Assembly (NCBI GenBank): GCA_043228905.1
Contig: JBHGNT010000011.1
Location: 2,914,001-2,978,000, forward strand
Source: Azolla caroliniana
Taxonomy: Eukaryota > Plantae > Polypodiophyta
Reading direction: 5' to 3'
Length of the DNA: 64,000 nucleotides
Position 1 is the stretch's first letter; the number at the start of each line of letters is the position of its first letter. The notes beneath the pieces are model-generated. The model did not search any database. It saw only the letters and a list, made by a program, of their open reading frames with translations, and was not told the origin of the DNA. The translations under genes and the position numbers were made by a program. Of this stretch, positions 37,021 to 50,061 are shown one piece after another.

Positions 37021-39039
37021 TTCCGAAACTGGAATCATTTTTCAATGTTCCATTTTTCTCAAGATGAAATGTTGCTCCTACTTTTAAAACCATCTAAGAC
37101 CAAGGACAACCATATCCAAAAAATGCCTAGCAATGATATAGACACATTTTTTGTTGGATATGCTTCCTTGATACTTGATCACTTATTTCTTATCTGCAAA
37201 TTGATGAGCTTATGTTATGCCCCTATTTCATGCGGGTACTTAAAACCACAAGAAAACACAATTAGGACACAAAACTTACTCATATATCATTATAAGAAAA
37301 AAAGCTTACAACCTTCCCAAGTTGGGACAAAACCAAAACTCAAAACTCAGAGTTGGAACAAGTCGGGATTGAGTAGGAATTGAGTTGGGACAACTCCCAC
37401 ACAAGATAATAGAAAGAAGGAGAGAGTGAATCTAAGAATTAGAGAATGGTTAAAAAATGAGAAGTGATCCTCCTTATATAGGCCAAATATGGTTGTTGGG
37501 GTGGGTAGCTGTTGGGATTGGGTTGTCCCAACCTATGGCGCCTACTTCAGGACTATGATTGGCCCCCATGGACGATGCTACTTGGGAGTGAGCAAATTCT
37601 CTTAGAGCAAACTTCCTTTACTTTTTATGATTGCAAGAGTGCAATCTTTTAGAGAGGGGGATTATGTTACGAGCATAACCATAACCATAGAGTGTTAATT
37701 TGTAAGGATGAAAGGTGAGGATTGAGCTACCTCAATCCTATGGTGAGACATAACTTTAGATTATTTCATCACCTGGTTACTTTTTGTAAAAAAAAACAGC
37801 CACATGGGAAACACACACAAAGGCTTTGGGTTGAGCCTATATAAGAAGGCTAGCTATATTCATGATTAGGCATCTCTTTTCTTTATTGTTTTGAGATAGA
37901 GAATATGATACTGTGGCAAAGCTCTAGCTTCATACACATGTGCCTCCTTCATCTTGAAACCCAAGGTATGATCCATGACCATACAAGGTGGTATGGAACA
38001 TTAACAAGGGACTTGGATCTATCTCTCAGTTTTGCTAGGGGGTGGTAGGGTGGAATGACATCCTTTCTTCCTTATTTTCCTCTCTAATTTTGCTTAACAT
38101 TAATTAAGGTTCTAACAGAAGTACTTGGTAATTGCTAGAGAAGACTTTAAAGCTTGGTGAAAGGGAGGACATTTAGGTTGAAGACCACATCAACAATCTA
38201 CTAGTCCATCCCCGAAGATATACTTTGTAGATATGGGTGTGAAATTAACTCGCAAGAACCTTGGAGTTCTTGATAGAGTGGAGATTTGGTTATCCTTATC
38301 AAGGCATACAACTCTACAGTGCACGACAAGGTAGAAAGGGGAATTATCCAGTTATTTAAGGCTTTGGCAAAGGCATGCAAGGAATGAGCTAGGATTTGGC
38401 TGAAGGTTTTACCCTATTCACATTGAGATCTTTCCTATTGAGTGTCGAGAGACACACAAACTGCCTCTCTAACTCCTGTAGCATTGTGGTGGTGCACCTC
38501 CCCTTTCCAAGTGATTTGACCCAATCCATTAGGTCTTTCTTCATCGTCTACAATGAGTCATTGAGGTCGTATACTTTGAGCAACCCCCTCTCAAACTCTT
38601 TCCAAGGGTGGCTTTCTACTTGCAACTCGAGTACCTCCATGTGAAGACTCGTCACTATTGCTCTTGTGAAGCCACTCACGTGCTTCTATTCCATAATGTC
38701 TCTCATCATCATTCCGGCTTTATAAGCCTTCAAATAGCTCAAGGCATCTTTCTATTGAATCAGTTCATCGTTCTGACAATAATTTCAATGACTTGGTCTA
38801 GCCTTGCCATGTTTTCCCTTCCTCGCATCACTCCATCCATGGCCAAGTTGAACTTGATGTCACGTAAACACGCATGCATGTGCTATTCTAGGGGGACCAT
38901 GGGGGTCTTGGACCAGGGAGGACGTGAGTGAAGGTGGGGCTTGAACCCGAGTGGGGACTCAAATGTGATTGGGAACTCGAACACAAGTTGGGCACTCAAA
39001 TGGAAGATGATGAAATGAATGTAAGATGTGAACAAACGG

Positions 39040-39697
39040 TGTCGTGAAGAATTTTGGCCAGAGGCGGAAACCGGAAAATATTGGCTACATCGGCGGGGTG
39101 CAGCATGTGCGCTCACCCTTGTACATTTAGTGTGAATAATGAGGGCGCCTTTATGGCGCCAAAGAGTAATCAAGTCGGGACAAGAATCCCATGTAATAAG
39201 GGATTTATCCCACAATGCTACGCATCCCTCTCCTTGTTCTATAAAAGGGAGGGAGCGCCCTTTGTGAAGGGGTTGCCCATTTTTGCATTCATAGGGTATA
39301 CCGTTAGAGGAAGAAACGTTCTCTCTTCCTCTTTCTTTCCTCTTGTTTATGGTTTCGTTTCTCTTCTATGCTTCTTCCTCTTCATCGTTTTGAGTATCGA
39401 GCCTTGGCATCTCGTGTTCCTGTTTTTTGCCTGTTCTCTGTGCAAGATCCCGCTCGGCACGACAAGCCTGAGAGCTCCCCGACCGGCGGCTTGGCAGTAG
39501 ACGACTATTGTAACCTGAGCTACTTAGGTCGGGCTCGATACCAGTATTGTATCTTAGTCTTGTTACATATACATGGAGGGTTCTGCGCACCGGTGTTTGT
39601 GTGGGTGTTTTGGTGTTCTCTTACCTCCGTTCTTGTACAAAGGGCGTGAGTTGGGTTGGTGTGGTGGGAGTGTGTGGGTGTGAGTCGGTGTCAAGTG

Positions 39698-39728
<31 letters not shown>

Positions 39729-42700
39729 ATTCGGTTGCTTCTGGAACGCGTCCGGAATCATCTTCACGGCTTCCCTTCTTCCCTCGTCCGAGACCCCCGT
39801 GGTCCCGCCCTTCTACACGCACGCGCGAAACTTCGTGACATATTTGGTGAACCCGACGTGAAGGGTGGCAAGGGAGGATGGAGTTGGAAGAAGACAACTT
39901 TGCGCAACTTTTTGTTGAAGCGATGAGGGAGTTTGGATGAGCAACAACAAGGAGAGAGACGGCGCAACAAGCTGTCAAATGCGTGGTCGAAAGAGTCGGC
40001 CGGTTCAATGGCCGTTTCGGTCGAGTCATCCACATCCGAATCACGCTCCATCCGAATCGGAATGCCGATCTTTTCGTGCCGCCTCCTCGCAGGCCGTTTC
40101 CCATCCCCCTTCGTTGGCATCGTGCCAGGACTCCTCGTCGGCACCTTCCTTCTCTCCGGTCTCATGTCGGCACACGGGCTCGACCACCGGAGTCTCCAGA
40201 ATCCGCATGGAGAGCTCTTCTGAAAGGCGCGAAAGACCAGGGACGGGCTATAGAGCCCGATCGGTAGGGCTCGGTTCGGTACGATAGTGCCGGCGCGGAA
40301 GAGGGTGCGAAAAAAATTGGTCTCTTTTACATGAGGACACAAGCCGGCGCGGAAGAGGGTGAAGGCCGCAAATCTGGAAGCTAGCGGTCGAGGTTGCGGA
40401 GAGAGACTAGCAGGTTTTGGACACTGCTGCCCAAAACTCCGGACATTGGAGAATCAAGTGCAGGCGGCACTTGATCGATCGAAGTCCAGACGCTTCTCAC
40501 CGAATGTGCTTGGGGAGCGGTTCCCCGAACGAGCGTCCGCAAATCATTACGGGACGGAAACACTACGTCTTATCCGGAGACTCAGGCAGCCGACAACGAG
40601 CGCCGGCATGAGACCTAGAGAGATGGGAAATGTAGGCGGGTACGCGAGAAGGAGAGCAACGACGAGTTCGGGAGAAGTACAAAGGATGAAGAGGAGAACG
40701 AAGATCGGTGCTACGGAGATCCTCACACCGATCTGGCTGTCGGCCCGAGTCCTATAGGAGAGATTGGTGGCGACAAGAGAACGGGACCCGGCAATCCAGA
40801 GAATGACGAATGAGAACCGGGTGGAGCGGACTTCCGAATAACCATTCCGGGAGGCCTACGAAGAGGCTGGGAACACGGTACGTCAGTACCACGGGAGAGG
40901 GTGTGGAGCGAGCCACCCTCTCGGCTTGCGAAAGAAGGAAGACCCAGGATAAGGGTCAGAGATACGACGAGCCCGAGGAGGATCCTTCACACCGGATCCG
41001 AAGACTCCGGCAGTCGGCCCGAGAGCCGATGTGAGACCTAGAGTGACGATCGGTGGCGGCGAGGGGACGAAGGCAAAGAACTGCAGGCGGGCAAACCGAG
41101 GTCCCACGAAGATCCTCACACTGACCCGGCGGTCGGCCCAAGAGCCGGCGTGAGTCCTATAGGAAAGGATGGTGGCGGCAGGTGAACGTGTTCAGACGAT
41201 GGAAAGCAGAGAAGGAAGGTATTAGGCTGGCGAAGCGGCTACGAACCGAATCAGACCGACTGGCAAGGTCACGGGCATAAGGAAGTCCGGTCCTACGGGA
41301 TCCCCACACCGAACCAAAGACTCTGGCAGTTCGGCCAACGTGGCAACATGAGACCGAGAGAGAAGGTTGGTGGCGGCGGGAAACGGGACCCGGCAACACG
41401 AAGGTGGACCCGGCTACGCGGAAGACACGAGGAGAGTCGCGAAGGACTCCGACAAAAGACACCCGAATTTCGGCAAGTTGAGAAACGGAGTCCGGTCCTA
41501 TGGGACCCTCACACCGATCCGGAGACTTCGGCGGCCGGCTAACGGGAGTCGGCTTGAGACCTAGGGAGAAGGACGGTGGCGGATCAGGAGTCGGTAAGAC
41601 AGGGGGTGGACGAAGTGCGAAACCCTTACCGCCGGTTACGGTTTCGGAAGGAGCTGGTAGGGGCAAACACGGGGAGGTGTGTCGGGCCGGAAAGGCACAC
41701 CTGGGACGGAACAAGAGTCTCGCAAGTGGCCATCGCGGGCCGGATCGAAGCGTGACTACGGGACGGTGTTTGGCACAGGCGGTGCCGAACAAAGGAAGTG
41801 GAACGTGCCACATGGAGGTGTCGAAGTAGAAAGGCGAGCACGAAGAATGGGTTGCACGGTTCAGAGGTAGTGCATAGAAGGCCAGGGAAGGATCCTCCAC
41901 ACCGTTCCGAGGACCATGGTAGTTCGAGCCGATGTGGCGGCGTAAGACCATGGAGAAGGAAGTTGGCGGCGAGAGGACGAAGGCAACGCGAAACAACATG
42001 GGACGGCAATCAAGACAACCCGAATGGTCGACGGAGGCCAAGTGGGCCACTACGGGCGTTCCTCAAGCGGAGGACATCGGGCATACGGCGGAGAGCGGAG
42101 CGTGCATACGGCCGAACAAGGGCTAGCGAAAGTACGTGTACTACGGAGATCGCGGCGAAGGACCCATCGACGGGTCGAACGAGCCTACGGGTAGGTAAGC
42201 GCGAAGGAAGAACCAAAGCCGAAGATTCAAACCGGCAGCGGGGCCGGGATGCGGATTACAGAAGACCGGTTTCTCACCGGCCGAAATCTCTCATCCTTCA
42301 CCGGATTTGGCACGTACCGGTGGACGTGCGGTTTGGTGGGGGCGGATGTCGTGAAGAATTTCGGCCAGAGGCGGAAACCGGGAAATATTGGCTACATCGG
42401 TGGGGTGCAGCATGTGCGCTCACCCTTGTACATTTAGTGTGAATAATGAGGGTGCCTTTATGGCGCCGAAGAGTAATCAAGTCGGGCCAAGAATCCCATG
42501 TAATAAGGGATTTATCCCACAATGCTACGCATCCCTCTCCTTGTTCTATAAAAGGGAGGGAGCGCCCTTTGTGAAGGGGTTGCCCATTTTTGCATTCGTA
42601 GGGTATACCGTTAGAGGAAGAAACGTTCTCTCTTCCTCTTTCTTTCCTCTTGTTTACGGTTTCGTTTCTCTTCTTTGCTTCTTCCTCTTCGTCGTTTTGA

Positions 42701-43144
42701 GTATCGAGCCTTGGTATCTCATGTTCCTGTTTTCTGCCCGTTCTCTGTGCAAGACCCCGCTCGGCACGACAAGCCTGAGAGCTCCCCGACCGGCGGCTTG
42801 GCAGTAGACGACTGTTGTAACCTGAGCTACTTAGGTCGGGCTCGATACCAGTATTGTATCTTAGTCTTGTTACATATGCATGGAGGGTTCTACGCACCGG
42901 TGTTTGTGTGGGTGTTTTGGTGTTCTCTTACCTCTGTTCCTGTACATAAGGGCGTGAGTTGGGTCGGTGTGGTGGGAGTGTGTGGGTGTGAATCGGTGTC
43001 AAGCGCTCTCTCTCTCTCTCTCTCTCTCTCCCGTTCGGTTGTTTCCAGAACACGTCCGGAATCGTCTTCTCGGCTTTCCTTCTTCCCTCGTCCGAGACCC
43101 CCGTGGTCCCGCCCTTCTACACGCACGCGCGAAACTTCGCGTCA
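39040..43144 (+). mobile_element. Non-autonomous gypsy-type LTR element with two ~800-bp LTRs (39040-39840, 42347-43144)
   Basis: Direct TG...CA repeats, roughly 95-97% identical by eye. PBS TGGTGAACCCGACGTGA (Trp-type), PPT GGTGGGGGCGGA, short gag N-terminal remnant (VVERVGRFNG), no pol. Flanks AACGG/AACAA (imperfect TSD). Confidence 0.9.
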
Positions 43145-43620
43145 AACAAGGCAAACGATCCGGAGATGGATTAAGAGCGGCTAGACTCATCCACTGGCAA
43201 CCACTTAAACCTCCTCACACTCACACATAATGATGAAAGGAGACCAATATATGATTTTGGTTGAAAATATTTATAGAGAAATATCCCTTTTGTTACAACA
43301 AAGTGGTATCACAAAATGAAATGCCACGAAAGAAATGGTTTTTACAAGGTTTAAACAAACAAAAATAGGAGATGGGAGAATAATACAACCAATTAGAGCC
43401 TCCGGTGAAGGTAAATGGAGTGGTCTGTGAAGATCGTGCCTCAATGTCGTAATAGTGTCTTCGGGCCACACCGTGCTCCCTTCGACACAGTTGGCAAGCG
43501 AGTTAGCCAACTCCCTTCACGAAGCTATCCACGTGTAATGAGGTCGGAGCCATGAAGACAACGATGACCTCCGAAATGGAAAAGGAGGTTGATAAGAAGA
43601 TGTGAAAGTATAAATAACAG

Positions 43621-46600
43621 TGTTGTGATATGGGGATCACAGAGGAGGAAATAAGTTTAACTACAAATATTAAAAAGGTTCAATGATAAAGTTAGGGTGT
43701 GGTAGAAGGACACGTATTGTGGTGCGTTTAAAACAATAAAAAAGTCTTAGCTCAATTGATAAGAGTTTGTAACATGATTGAGAGGGGGGGAATAGAGCAG
43801 GTAATTGGGAAAGAAAAAGTGTGGCATGTGCTAAAATAAAAAGCACCCAATAATTGTATTGGGGAACAAGCCTTTTAAAACCTATAAAAGGGCAAAGAGA
43901 ACTCATGGTTAAGGGGAGAATATAAAGAACCAGATATGATTCTTGTGCAGCGGAAGAGATGTGTGTTATGTGTATGTGTGAGAGGAAAGAGAGAAGAGAA
44001 GAGAAAACACAAGATAGATTAGATAGAATGGAAAATAGAATACTCAAGAAGAAGGTGTATATTCACAAGGAGAATAACAAATACAAAATGTAGCATTACA
44101 AGGAGTCACAACCGACTTAGTATGAAGTAGGAGAAGGGTGCTTTATATAAAGTCACCCTCGCTCTTCATTATCTCACTACAACAACAACTCTCTTGGGGA
44201 ATGTGAAGACTCATAGTCATAGGGAATATGGAACTCATTAGTTATGTGTCATAGAATATAGTTAATGTGTAGAGAGTAGTGGTGTGACTCTTGACCTTTG
44301 AGTGATCATAGATTCTCAAAGGGTGTGTTCACACGTTGCACTAGGTTGACCTTGATTCTCAACACGCCCCCTCAAGTTCAACTCGGGTCGATTGCTTTCG
44401 GTTGATGTCCGCTTTGGCTGGTATCCGGTTTAGATGATCTCCGGTGTTCGCTTCGGCTCATACCCAGTTCAGACAGTATCCGGTTCTCTCTTGTACTCCC
44501 CCTCAAGCTTGGCAAGTTAGGGATCGTCAATCTATGGTCTGACATGAATTGCTGAAGCTTGTCGGCTCCTAGGGCTTTGGTGAAGATGTTGGTTGTCTCA
44601 AGATTCGTGTTGATGTGTTGAAGGTCAACATCTCCGGTCTAAACACGCTCTCGAATGAAGTGATAGTGCACTTTGATATGCTTTGTGTGTGTCTGGAACA
44701 CCGGGTTCCAAGCTAGATAGATACTGCTCATGTTGTCGCAATAAAGGGGAGTCAGATCCTTGATGCGAACGCCCAGATCCTTCAAAATCCTCTTGAACCA
44801 GAAGAATTCACATGCAGTCACGATTGTGCCCATGTATTCAGCCTCCGTGCTCGAAAGTGCGACGATATGCTTCTTCTTACTACTCCAAGATATTGCTCCG
44901 CTGCTGAGCGATAAGACAAATCCGGAGGTCGATCATCGATCGGCTTTGTAGCCGGCCCAGTCGGCATCTATGTACCCTTCGAGTTGAATTGGTGTCACCG
45001 ATTTGTAGAGAATGCCGTCATCCATTGTACCACTCACATATCGTAATACTCACTTAGTGCAACCGAAATGGATATCGCGCGGAGTTTGCATGAATTGGCT
45101 AGGGAATCCGACTGGATAGCTAAGGTCGGGTCGAGTGATTGAGAGATAGATGAGGCTCCCGATTAGTTGATGATATTGAGTTGGATCGCACTCATCTGTG
45201 CCGGAATCAACATCTATTTTGAGGTTTCTATCGAGAGGGGTTGCCACAGATTTGCACTTAGCCATCTTGAACTTGTATAACAAGTTGAGGATGTAGTGCC
45301 GTTGAGAGATCATAATGCCGGCCGGAGTCCAAATTACCTCGATGCCAAGTAATGGACCTCCTTCATGTTCATCATCTCAAATTTTCCGAAGAGGAGGAAC
45401 TTGACCTTGTTGATGTCGACTAGACTTTCACCTCCAATGACCAGATCATCTACGTATAGGATGATGACAATTGGGCTTCTTGAGCCATTTCGTACGTAGA
45501 GGGAGTTGTCGGATTTCGACATTCGAAAGCCGATTCGATGAAGATATTGCGTTATCTTCGAAAGCCAAGCACACGTTGCTTACTTGAGGCCATAGAGAGG
45601 CTTCTTGAGTTGGCAAACAACTTTAAGATGAATGTTGGATTCGAAGCCGAGTGGTTGTACCATGTACACCTCTTCTAGTTCGCCTTGAAGAAAGATGTTC
45701 TTGACGTCCATCTGGTGGAGATGCCACCCTTTCGCTCTTGTGAGTGCGATTACTGTCCGCACAATCGTCATCTTTGCCACTGGGGCAAATGTCTCTTCGT
45801 AGTCGACTCCATGTTTTTGTGCGTATCCTTTCGCTACGAGTCGAGCTTTGTAGTGGTTGACGGAGCCGTCGACTTTACACTTCACCTTATAAATCCATCT
45901 ACAACCAATTGCCTTCTTGTGCGGTGAGTGGGGAACGAGATCCCATGTCTCATTTTTGGAGAGTTCTTGCATCTCCTCATTCATTGCTTCAATCCATCTG
46001 GGGTTCTTCACGGCTTCGGAAAACGTTTGCGGCTCTCGTACAGTCGCAACCTTCATCATAATGGTATCCATATACTCATCGTAGCCGAATCGGCCTACTA
46101 GGTTTTTATCTCGGGTGGATCGGCGGAGCTTCTCCTTTGTGGATACAAAGGCTTTCTTCGCCCCATTTGTCCGGATGTCGAGGCCTTCGAATTCACTATC
46201 GAGGGGGCGAGTCAACTCGACCTCGATCTGATGTTCATATTCTAGCATTTTGGCCTTCCCTTTGTCCAACTTCGGACTTGGCCGAGATATGCTTTGATCG
46301 CTCGGAGGCTCTTATGGCCCACTAAGCCTTGTCGTAATTGGGCATTCTTCGAACATGTGTTCGAGTCAATCTCCACTAAGCCTTGTTTGGTGGATTTCGG
46401 GTCAACTGGAAATGGTTTGGGAGGATTCGGCTCAGGTTCGTACCATGATGCCGATTCATAGAAGAATACTTCTCGACTCACATGAGCCTTTCGAGTCGAG
46501 GGGTTATAGCACTTGTACCCCTTTTGCTCTAGTGAGTATCCTACAAGGATACATTTCTCCGACTTCGGGTCGAGATTTTGTCGCTTCTCGTTGGGGATCT

Positions 46601-48303
46601 GCATGTATGCAATGGATCCGAATATCCTAACATGTGATAGATCAAGCTTCTTTCCAAAAAACTTCTCGTGCGGGGTAACCTCATGCACGCCGGATGTTGT
46701 ACACCGGTTCATTAAGTAGATGGTTGTGTTGGTGTCTTCTGCCCAGTATGACTTTGACATGTGCTTCTTGTTAAGCATGGCCCATGCTACTTCGAGGATG
46801 TGCCGATTCTTTCATTTGGCTACTCCGTTCTGTTGTGGCGTATGTCGACACGAAAACTTGTGCCGAATTCCTTCTTTCTGGAGAAAAGCCGAAAATTTGT
46901 CGGAGAAGTACCCTTTTTCTCCATCCGAATGAAGACATTGTACATGTGGACCTATTTCCTTTTCGACTCCACTCTTGAATTTTTGGAAGTTTTTGAACAC
47001 TTCGCTCTTTTGTTGCATGCGGTAGATCCAAGTGTGGCTGGAGAAGTCGTCGATGAAGGCCACGTAGTATTGACATCCACTGAATGTAGCCGTCTGAGCT
47101 GGTCCCCATACATTAGAATGAATTATGTTGATGGCTCACGTTCCTCTCCTTCGGAAATGGGTGCCGATGTTGCTTGCCGAATTGGCATGCTGCACATACG
47201 CCTTCAATCTCTTTCTCTTTGAAGGTTGGGATTGTGATAACGAACTCCTTTCAATTACATTGACTTGAGCTTTTGGAGGTTGATGTGGCAAATCCGCTTG
47301 TGTGACAACTCTATGTTGGTGTCGCCTTTGATGCCTTTTGCAAACATGGCCGATTTCATCTCATGCTACTCAAGAATGAACATTCGACCCTCTGTTCATC
47401 CGCGAGCGATGAGTCGACCCTCTTTCTTAATGAAGCCTTGATTAAATCAAAACAATTTGGCCGACGGAGACCAAATTCTTCATAATGGTAGGTACATGCA
47501 AGACATTCTTAATGTAAGTTTGGTTAAACCTTCTTTTCCAAATGGAACATTGCCGATGTGCCAAATCGGATGAGTAGTGTCATCTTTGGTTTCGACATAG
47601 CCGGGTCGGTCCGACTCTCGAAGTTTTGATGAGACGTCATATGGTTTGAGGCACCAGAATCGACGAACCATACGTCTTTCAAACTAGAGGCACTATTTGA
47701 AGTAGAGGCCGATATAGAATTTGCTCTATGTCTCATCGCAAACATTATGCCACGATCGTCATAGTCAGAGTTGGTGGCGTAATTGGTGAGTTGTCGGCTA
47801 GTGGAAGTCGACTCACGCATCTTCTTTTGGCACTCTTCTTCGTGGTGGCCGATTTTTCCACAATATCTGCATTCGATCGAGTTTTGTCAGATTGAACCGG
47901 AATGGAAGCTCCCCCCTTCTTCCGAAGGTTCCTTGGTGGCTTCCGTCTTGTTGCTGAAATTACAAGTTGTTTTGCAAGTAGGGGCTCGTCTGCCTTGTCT
48001 TTGGCCGAATCGGCCTCTTGCTCGGCCACCTCCGTTCGAATGTGTGTAGAGCATGTGGCCTTCCGAGGCATTGCCCCTTGTTTGAACATGGTTCTCTTCG
48101 ACCAACAACATGGATTGAAGATCGACAAAAGAGGGAGGATTCTCCTGTGCTAGTACGACGGTACTCATTGTGCCGAACTGTGGTGCAAGGCCGCCAAGGC
48201 ATATTTGCTTCATCTCATCATCAACCACATTGACGCTTATTGAGCCAAGCGAGTCACAAAGCTCCTTGACTTCAAGGTGTAGTTTGTGATGGACATATCC
48301 CTT
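43621..48303 (-). mobile_element. Decayed copia (3' LTR ~43621-44364, RNase H, RT, INT, PR, partial gag)
   Basis: KHIKVHYHFIRERV, LYVDDL, YKARLVAKGYAQ, HQMDVKN, TPQQNGVA and WFVDSGASNHMT. PPT next to LTR at 44365. Outer LTR boundary less certain. Confidence 0.9.
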
Positions 48304-48450
48304 TGTTGGATATTATTCAACTCTTGGTGGAGTTGATGAAGCGTAAGTGTATGCGGAAACGTATGAGGATCTGTCTTAGTTCATACTCAGAAGACAACAC
48401 AGAAAGAGAGGCAAAGATATACACACTTTTAAGATTTAATGGAAGCTCTG

Positions 48451-50045
48451 TTGGAGTCACCTTTAGTGCTCGCTCAGGTAAATTCTCGATGACCCAGGCA
48501 GCCAAAGATAGGCTAACGAGAGGGTATGCATCCCTCTCACTCTTAGAGAGACAATGCCATCAGGCATACTTTCAAGAGCCACGGACTAAGGGATGGCTTT
48601 TTGACTCATTAGTGACCCCGTCCCTCATGTATGCATCAGTAGTATGGGCTCCAGGTTTACCATCTTTCATGTGGACGCAATTAGAGACCTTTAGTGACGA
48701 TGTTATCACGTCAACTCCGAAGCAAATCGACAGTACCACATGACATTATTAGAGCTGAGTTCAGTCTACCCCCGATGTTAGTAGAAGCACTCTTTCAAGT
48801 GGTAGTTTTTATTCATCGGATACATAGCCAACCACAAGATAGGATATCCCGTCGAGCCTTTGAGGCGTCTCGATCTTTATATGTGTCTGGCGACACTAAC
48901 TCTTGGTATAGCATCGTGGTGAGTTGGCTCCGTGCGAACGGCATAGACATTAATAACCTACCTCCCCTTAAGTACAACCATGGGACTGATCAAACTTTAA
49001 TCTCTCACGAAGATCGTAATAAAGTGATACGCCAAGAAATATGGCAAATTTACACTCGATACAAATGGATCACCCCACGAGAACCACTCCCATCTAAAAT
49101 GGTGTACTATAAGGAACACTTCTTGCGCTTCTCTACGCTAGGCTTTATTACACGACCAAGATATTTAGATACATTCTTATCAAATGCACTAAGGGTGGCC
49201 ATTGGACAACTTAGGATATCATCTCACCAACTTGAGATTGAGAATGGTCGGGCTAATAGAGTCCCTAGAGAGGAAAGGTTATGTAGGTTATGCCACATAG
49301 AGATAGAGGATGAGTATCACTTCACATGCAAATGCCCAACTTATGCCGAGATACGAGCGGAATACCAAGACATACTAGGACCCTCTCCCACCCTCTCCAA
49401 ACTATTAGATACCCCGAATGTAAAGAGACTAGGTAGATATATCTTAGACCTAAAACAACATAGGGAGAATAAATTACAAAGTGCTAACGATAACCCTCTT
49501 AGTATTCATCACCATGTAACTAGTGTAATTTTTCAGGAACAAGGGGAGACGATGAATGTGGATACACTTACGCCGCTCGGCCTCTCCCTTGAGGAAGCAG
49601 AAATGCAAAGAACAACGAAACGCCCTCGAATGTTGGGCTTCAAAACAAGTCAACGTGGAGTAGACAAGATTAAGAAGATAAGGGAACGTGAGCTACGTCG
49701 ACTAGAAGCTATGGTTGGGGTACCTCTTACATGGGGACCACAGGCCACATCCACATCGCAACCCTTTGACCTTCCGCTTCTCTTCGAGAGACTTGGATGG
49801 AAATGAAAATAACAATTGTATAACACCATTTTCATTGTAGTAGAACATGTTTCTATATAAAACATGTTTGTTATTTTTTAGAACTATTTAGCTTAAACTC
49901 TATTTTTCATCTTATTTTTATTTTTACTTCGATGAATGGGTAAATATCCCATTTTTGTTGTAAACCATTTGTCTCATGGGCCAATTTTGGCCTTAGAAGA
50001 CGTTAATATATCTTTCTTTCTTTCTTTCTTTCTTTCTCTCTCTCT
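48451..50045 (+). mobile_element. 5'-truncated RTEX-like LINE, TSD CTCTG
   Basis: ORF 48694-49806 is homologous to the ORF2 C-terminus at 54987-56549 (QLRISSHQLEIENGR...CRLC..EDEYHFTCKC). (TCTT)n(CT)n tail. CTCTG at 48446-48450 and 50046-50050. Confidence 0.9.
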
Positions 50046-50061
50046 CTCTGAGACTCGATAT

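Noticed and set aside
37300-39039. Further old LTR-like remnants (PPT-like AGAGGGGGAT at ~37653, TGTCAC at 38858)
   Set aside because: Boundaries, partners and coding motifs could not be established
41489-41580. Hairpin-ribozyme loop A-like pairing (GTCC-G-GTC / AGAA-GGAC) and HDV-like GGCTAA in the array unit
   Set aside because: Loop B motifs are absent, the HDV pseudoknot could not be built, and the pattern is not kept in the other units
40560-41970. CRISPR array
   Set aside because: Repeats are long and degenerate, spacers vary widely in length, the context is a eukaryotic LTR element, and no cas genes are present
39054-43230. Many 60-300 aa ORFs on both strands
   Set aside because: These are products of GC-rich LTR and repeat sequence, duplicated with the LTRs, with no domain motifs
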